Of a DNA stretch of 64,000 nt, positions 61,443-64,000 are shown piece after piece (position 1 is the first letter of the stretch; the number at the start of each line of letters is the position of its first letter). This DNA is from Chiloscyllium plagiosum (Eukaryota). The notes beneath the pieces were generated by a model. It ran no database searches. It had not been told where the DNA came from and was given only the letters and a program-made list of their open reading frames with translations. Both the position numbers and the translations under genes were made by a program. The DNA lies in the NCBI RefSeq assembly GCF_004010195.1, contig NC_057751.1:3783866-3847865 (forward strand). Direction: 5' to 3'.

Positions 61443-62418
61443 ATTCAAATCCCTGCATTGTCTCTCTCCTCTCTATCTCTGTAACCCCCTCCAGTTCTAC
61501 AATCATCGATGATCGCTGTTTTCCTCAAATTCGTCCAACTCTTTCATTCTAGCATTTGTGTTCATGCTTTTATCAGGCAACTGAAATTTTCTTCCTGTCC
61601 CTATCACCTCTCCAAGATCTTCAAAATCAACTCTTTGACCAAGCCTTCAGATACTAACGTTATATTGGTTTCTAGTGCAGTTTAACATGCTGACTAACAT
61701 ACTGCTGAATATGTAAACCTTTGATATACATCTTCACAACAACTGATGCAAGTTAACATAAAGCAATGTTGATTGTGAGTAGATAACATGTGTATGAAGA
61801 GCTTTCATGGAATTCTGTTTTGTTCCATGAAGAACCCTTTGTTCAGATTCCCAGTTGTTGTCATGGTGCTTGGCATGCTTGTGTTAAGAGCCAACAAGGC
61901 AACACAGACCTGTCCTAATGCTTCCTTTCTTAGCTTATTATCAGTTTTGTTCTAATTATGTTTCTGTAGCTTTTGAATGTCTTGGACACTATTGTTACAA
62001 ATGTGAATATTCTAATTTAGAATGGGAAATCACACAGATGGAAAATTCTTCATCTGTAATACACAACTGCCTTTTTAATTTTTCACCTCGCCTATAAATA
62101 ACACTGTGAATATACAAGCTCTCTGCATGAATGATTGCAACATTAACCTCTGAAAACACTGAGAGCTTCACAATCTGGTTAACTCAATTCTTTCTGTTCG
62201 TTACACAGTCAGATTTAATGTACAACTAGCAGCTATGCATGCAAATTGTCTAAAGATGGACATTAATTTCAAAGTGGCTGTAAAATTAGGCACTTTTATT
62301 TTTATTGAGCATCTGAACAAGCTAAAGTAAAGCTGGGCAAAGCTTGTACAAGTAGACAACTTAGAATGCAAATCTGGCATGAATGGTGTATAACTTCAGT
62401 CTGCAATTAATACTTTGT

Positions 62419-62562
62419 TTCTGGATTAGTGGTGCTGGAAGAGCACAGCAGTTTCAGGCAGCATCCGAGGAGCTGCCTGAACTGCTGATGCTCTTCCAGC
62501 ACCACTAATCCAGAATCTGGTTTCCAGCATCTGCAGTCATTGTTTTTACCTTGTTTTTACCT
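62419..62562. mobile_element. fold-back PLE tail insertion with 14-bp TSD
   Basis: 44-nt arms 62419-62462 / 62472-62515; TSD AATTAATACTTTGT at 62405-62418 / 62563-62576; same subfamily as 30897-30990. Confidence 0.9.
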
Positions 62563-63669
62563 AATTAATACTTTGTGTCTTGACTCATGATATTATGCTC
62601 GGTAAGCAGAAACTACCTGCAACTTCCTCAGGGGACCAAACAGCACTGTGCATATTTTCAAGCATGAATACTCAGAAATCTTCTCAAATAGATATAGAAT
62701 GAACCACAACTCAAATTCTAAATTATGTCTTGACAGCGGTCTTTTATGCTTTTCATATGTCTGAATTTCAGTCACACCATCTAAAAGTTCCGCAGTTTTA
62801 GTCCTGATATGTACAGAATTATATCTTAACAAAGATACAAACATTTGAATCAGGAGATAACAGCGAGGATACTGTTGCAGCAGCCTGGGCGATAAAGAAT
62901 TTGCATTCTCAATCAAGATTTGGTGACACCTGCTGGAAGATGCATATAATGGAACTTCAGCATCAACTGAGCTTGGCTGTAATGGCCCAAATAGCCCATC
63001 AATAATCAATGGCTAATTTACAGTTGAATATTGGTCTCTTTGGTGTGATACAGGACAGCTAGATACATGGTTGAAACTACATCTCAAAATAACTCAGGTG
63101 AAGAAGAACAAAAATCAGAGACAGCAGAAAAGCATCTTACGACTTTATCAGGTAAAAGACCGTGTTTGATACGACAGACAATCAGAGTGCTTTCTTCAAC
63201 ATAATGCTATCTCAGGTGCTGTTTTACATTACACTTCAGACACTCATTTCTAATGTTACATTTTAAATTTGAGATAATTTTAAATTTGGAAATGAAACTT
63301 TGTTTCCTTCCAAGCGATTTTCTGTCCGAGAATTTTGCTACCAGAACATATATGCAAGAATCAATGGCTATGAATCTAGTCATATTACTAAGAATGTTCT
63401 CAGCACTGAGCACACCACAGTTCTGGACAGCAAACATCTTCAGAAAGTCATACTGGAAAAAAATGTAACAGTTAGTGGATGACATAACATGTCTGAAGCC
63501 TTACTCACAAAGTTTGTTAGTTATATAGTACATATACCCAAACATTTATCACTATGTCCTCTGTCACCTCCTTTGTGACTTGTCAAAATATCTTGTGGAA
63601 TAATGCAACTGAATTTGCAAGAAGTGTGGTCAATGTACTATTTTGACTGAACCACTGAATTCAAATAAG

Positions 63670-64000
63670 TTAGAGAGGATATTCCTGGAAATGCTTGCAG
63701 GGAGTTTATTGGGGTGGAACAGAAAAATAAGAAAGGGATGATCACCTTATTGAAATTGTCCTTTCGACCCCTCCACAGTCAGCAGTAAATTGAGAAACAA
63801 ATTTCTAAGGAGATCTCAGTCACCTCCAAGAATAACAGTTTGGTATTGGCAGGGGACTTTAATTTTCCAAACAGAGACTGGAAATGCCAGTGTTAGGGAT
63901 TTAGATGAAGAGGAATTTATTAAATGTGGACAAGAAATTTTTCTGATTCAGCATTTGGATGTACCTACCAGAGAAGGTTCAAACCTTGACCTACTCTTGG
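63670..64000 (+). mobile_element. CR1 endonuclease fragment running off the window edge
   Basis: Closely similar to 48880-49206 (KKGMITLL, GDFNFPN, PTREG..LDLLL). Confidence 0.9.

Noticed and set aside
62593..63009. 138-aa minus-strand ORF in non-repeat DNA
   Set aside because: It has a non-ATG start and no recognisable domain or supporting splice structure.
1..64000. CRISPR array or prokaryotic system
   Set aside because: No regularly spaced repeats and no operon-like gene density; the content is vertebrate retroelements.

Overview
Eukaryotic, repeat-dominated vertebrate DNA, almost certainly from a shark or other elasmobranch. This is inferred from HE1-type tRNA-derived SINEs and HER1/CR1 LINEs with (TCTATGAC)n-type tails. 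No host protein-coding gene, tRNA, rRNA or CRISPR array can be supported; nearly all ORFs in the track are LINE fragments or their antisense shadows. The window holds about 20 CR1-clade LINE copies of several subfamilies, a probably near-full-length Rex/Babar LINE with an inverted 5' segment, an RTE fragment and a second CR1/L2-group LINE with its partner SINE. It also holds four TG...CA solo LTRs with 4-bp target-site duplications (TSDs), a decayed Gypsy gag relic with a split LTR and a TA-flanked Tc1/mariner-pogo-like MITE. The most notable layer is about 12 Penelope-like element (PLE) termini from three sequence families. Most carry minimal type I hammerhead ribozyme (HHR) cores: CUGANGA, stem II, GAAA and a palindromic stem III. 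One copy is linked to a GIY-YIG C-terminus, several are ~130-bp units starting at the ribozyme, and several are fold-back insertions. A 3.76-kb chimeric block flanked by a 5-bp duplication and a ~290-bp local duplication were also found. All identifications are by eye; no alignments or folding were computed, and boundaries of decayed repeats are approximate.
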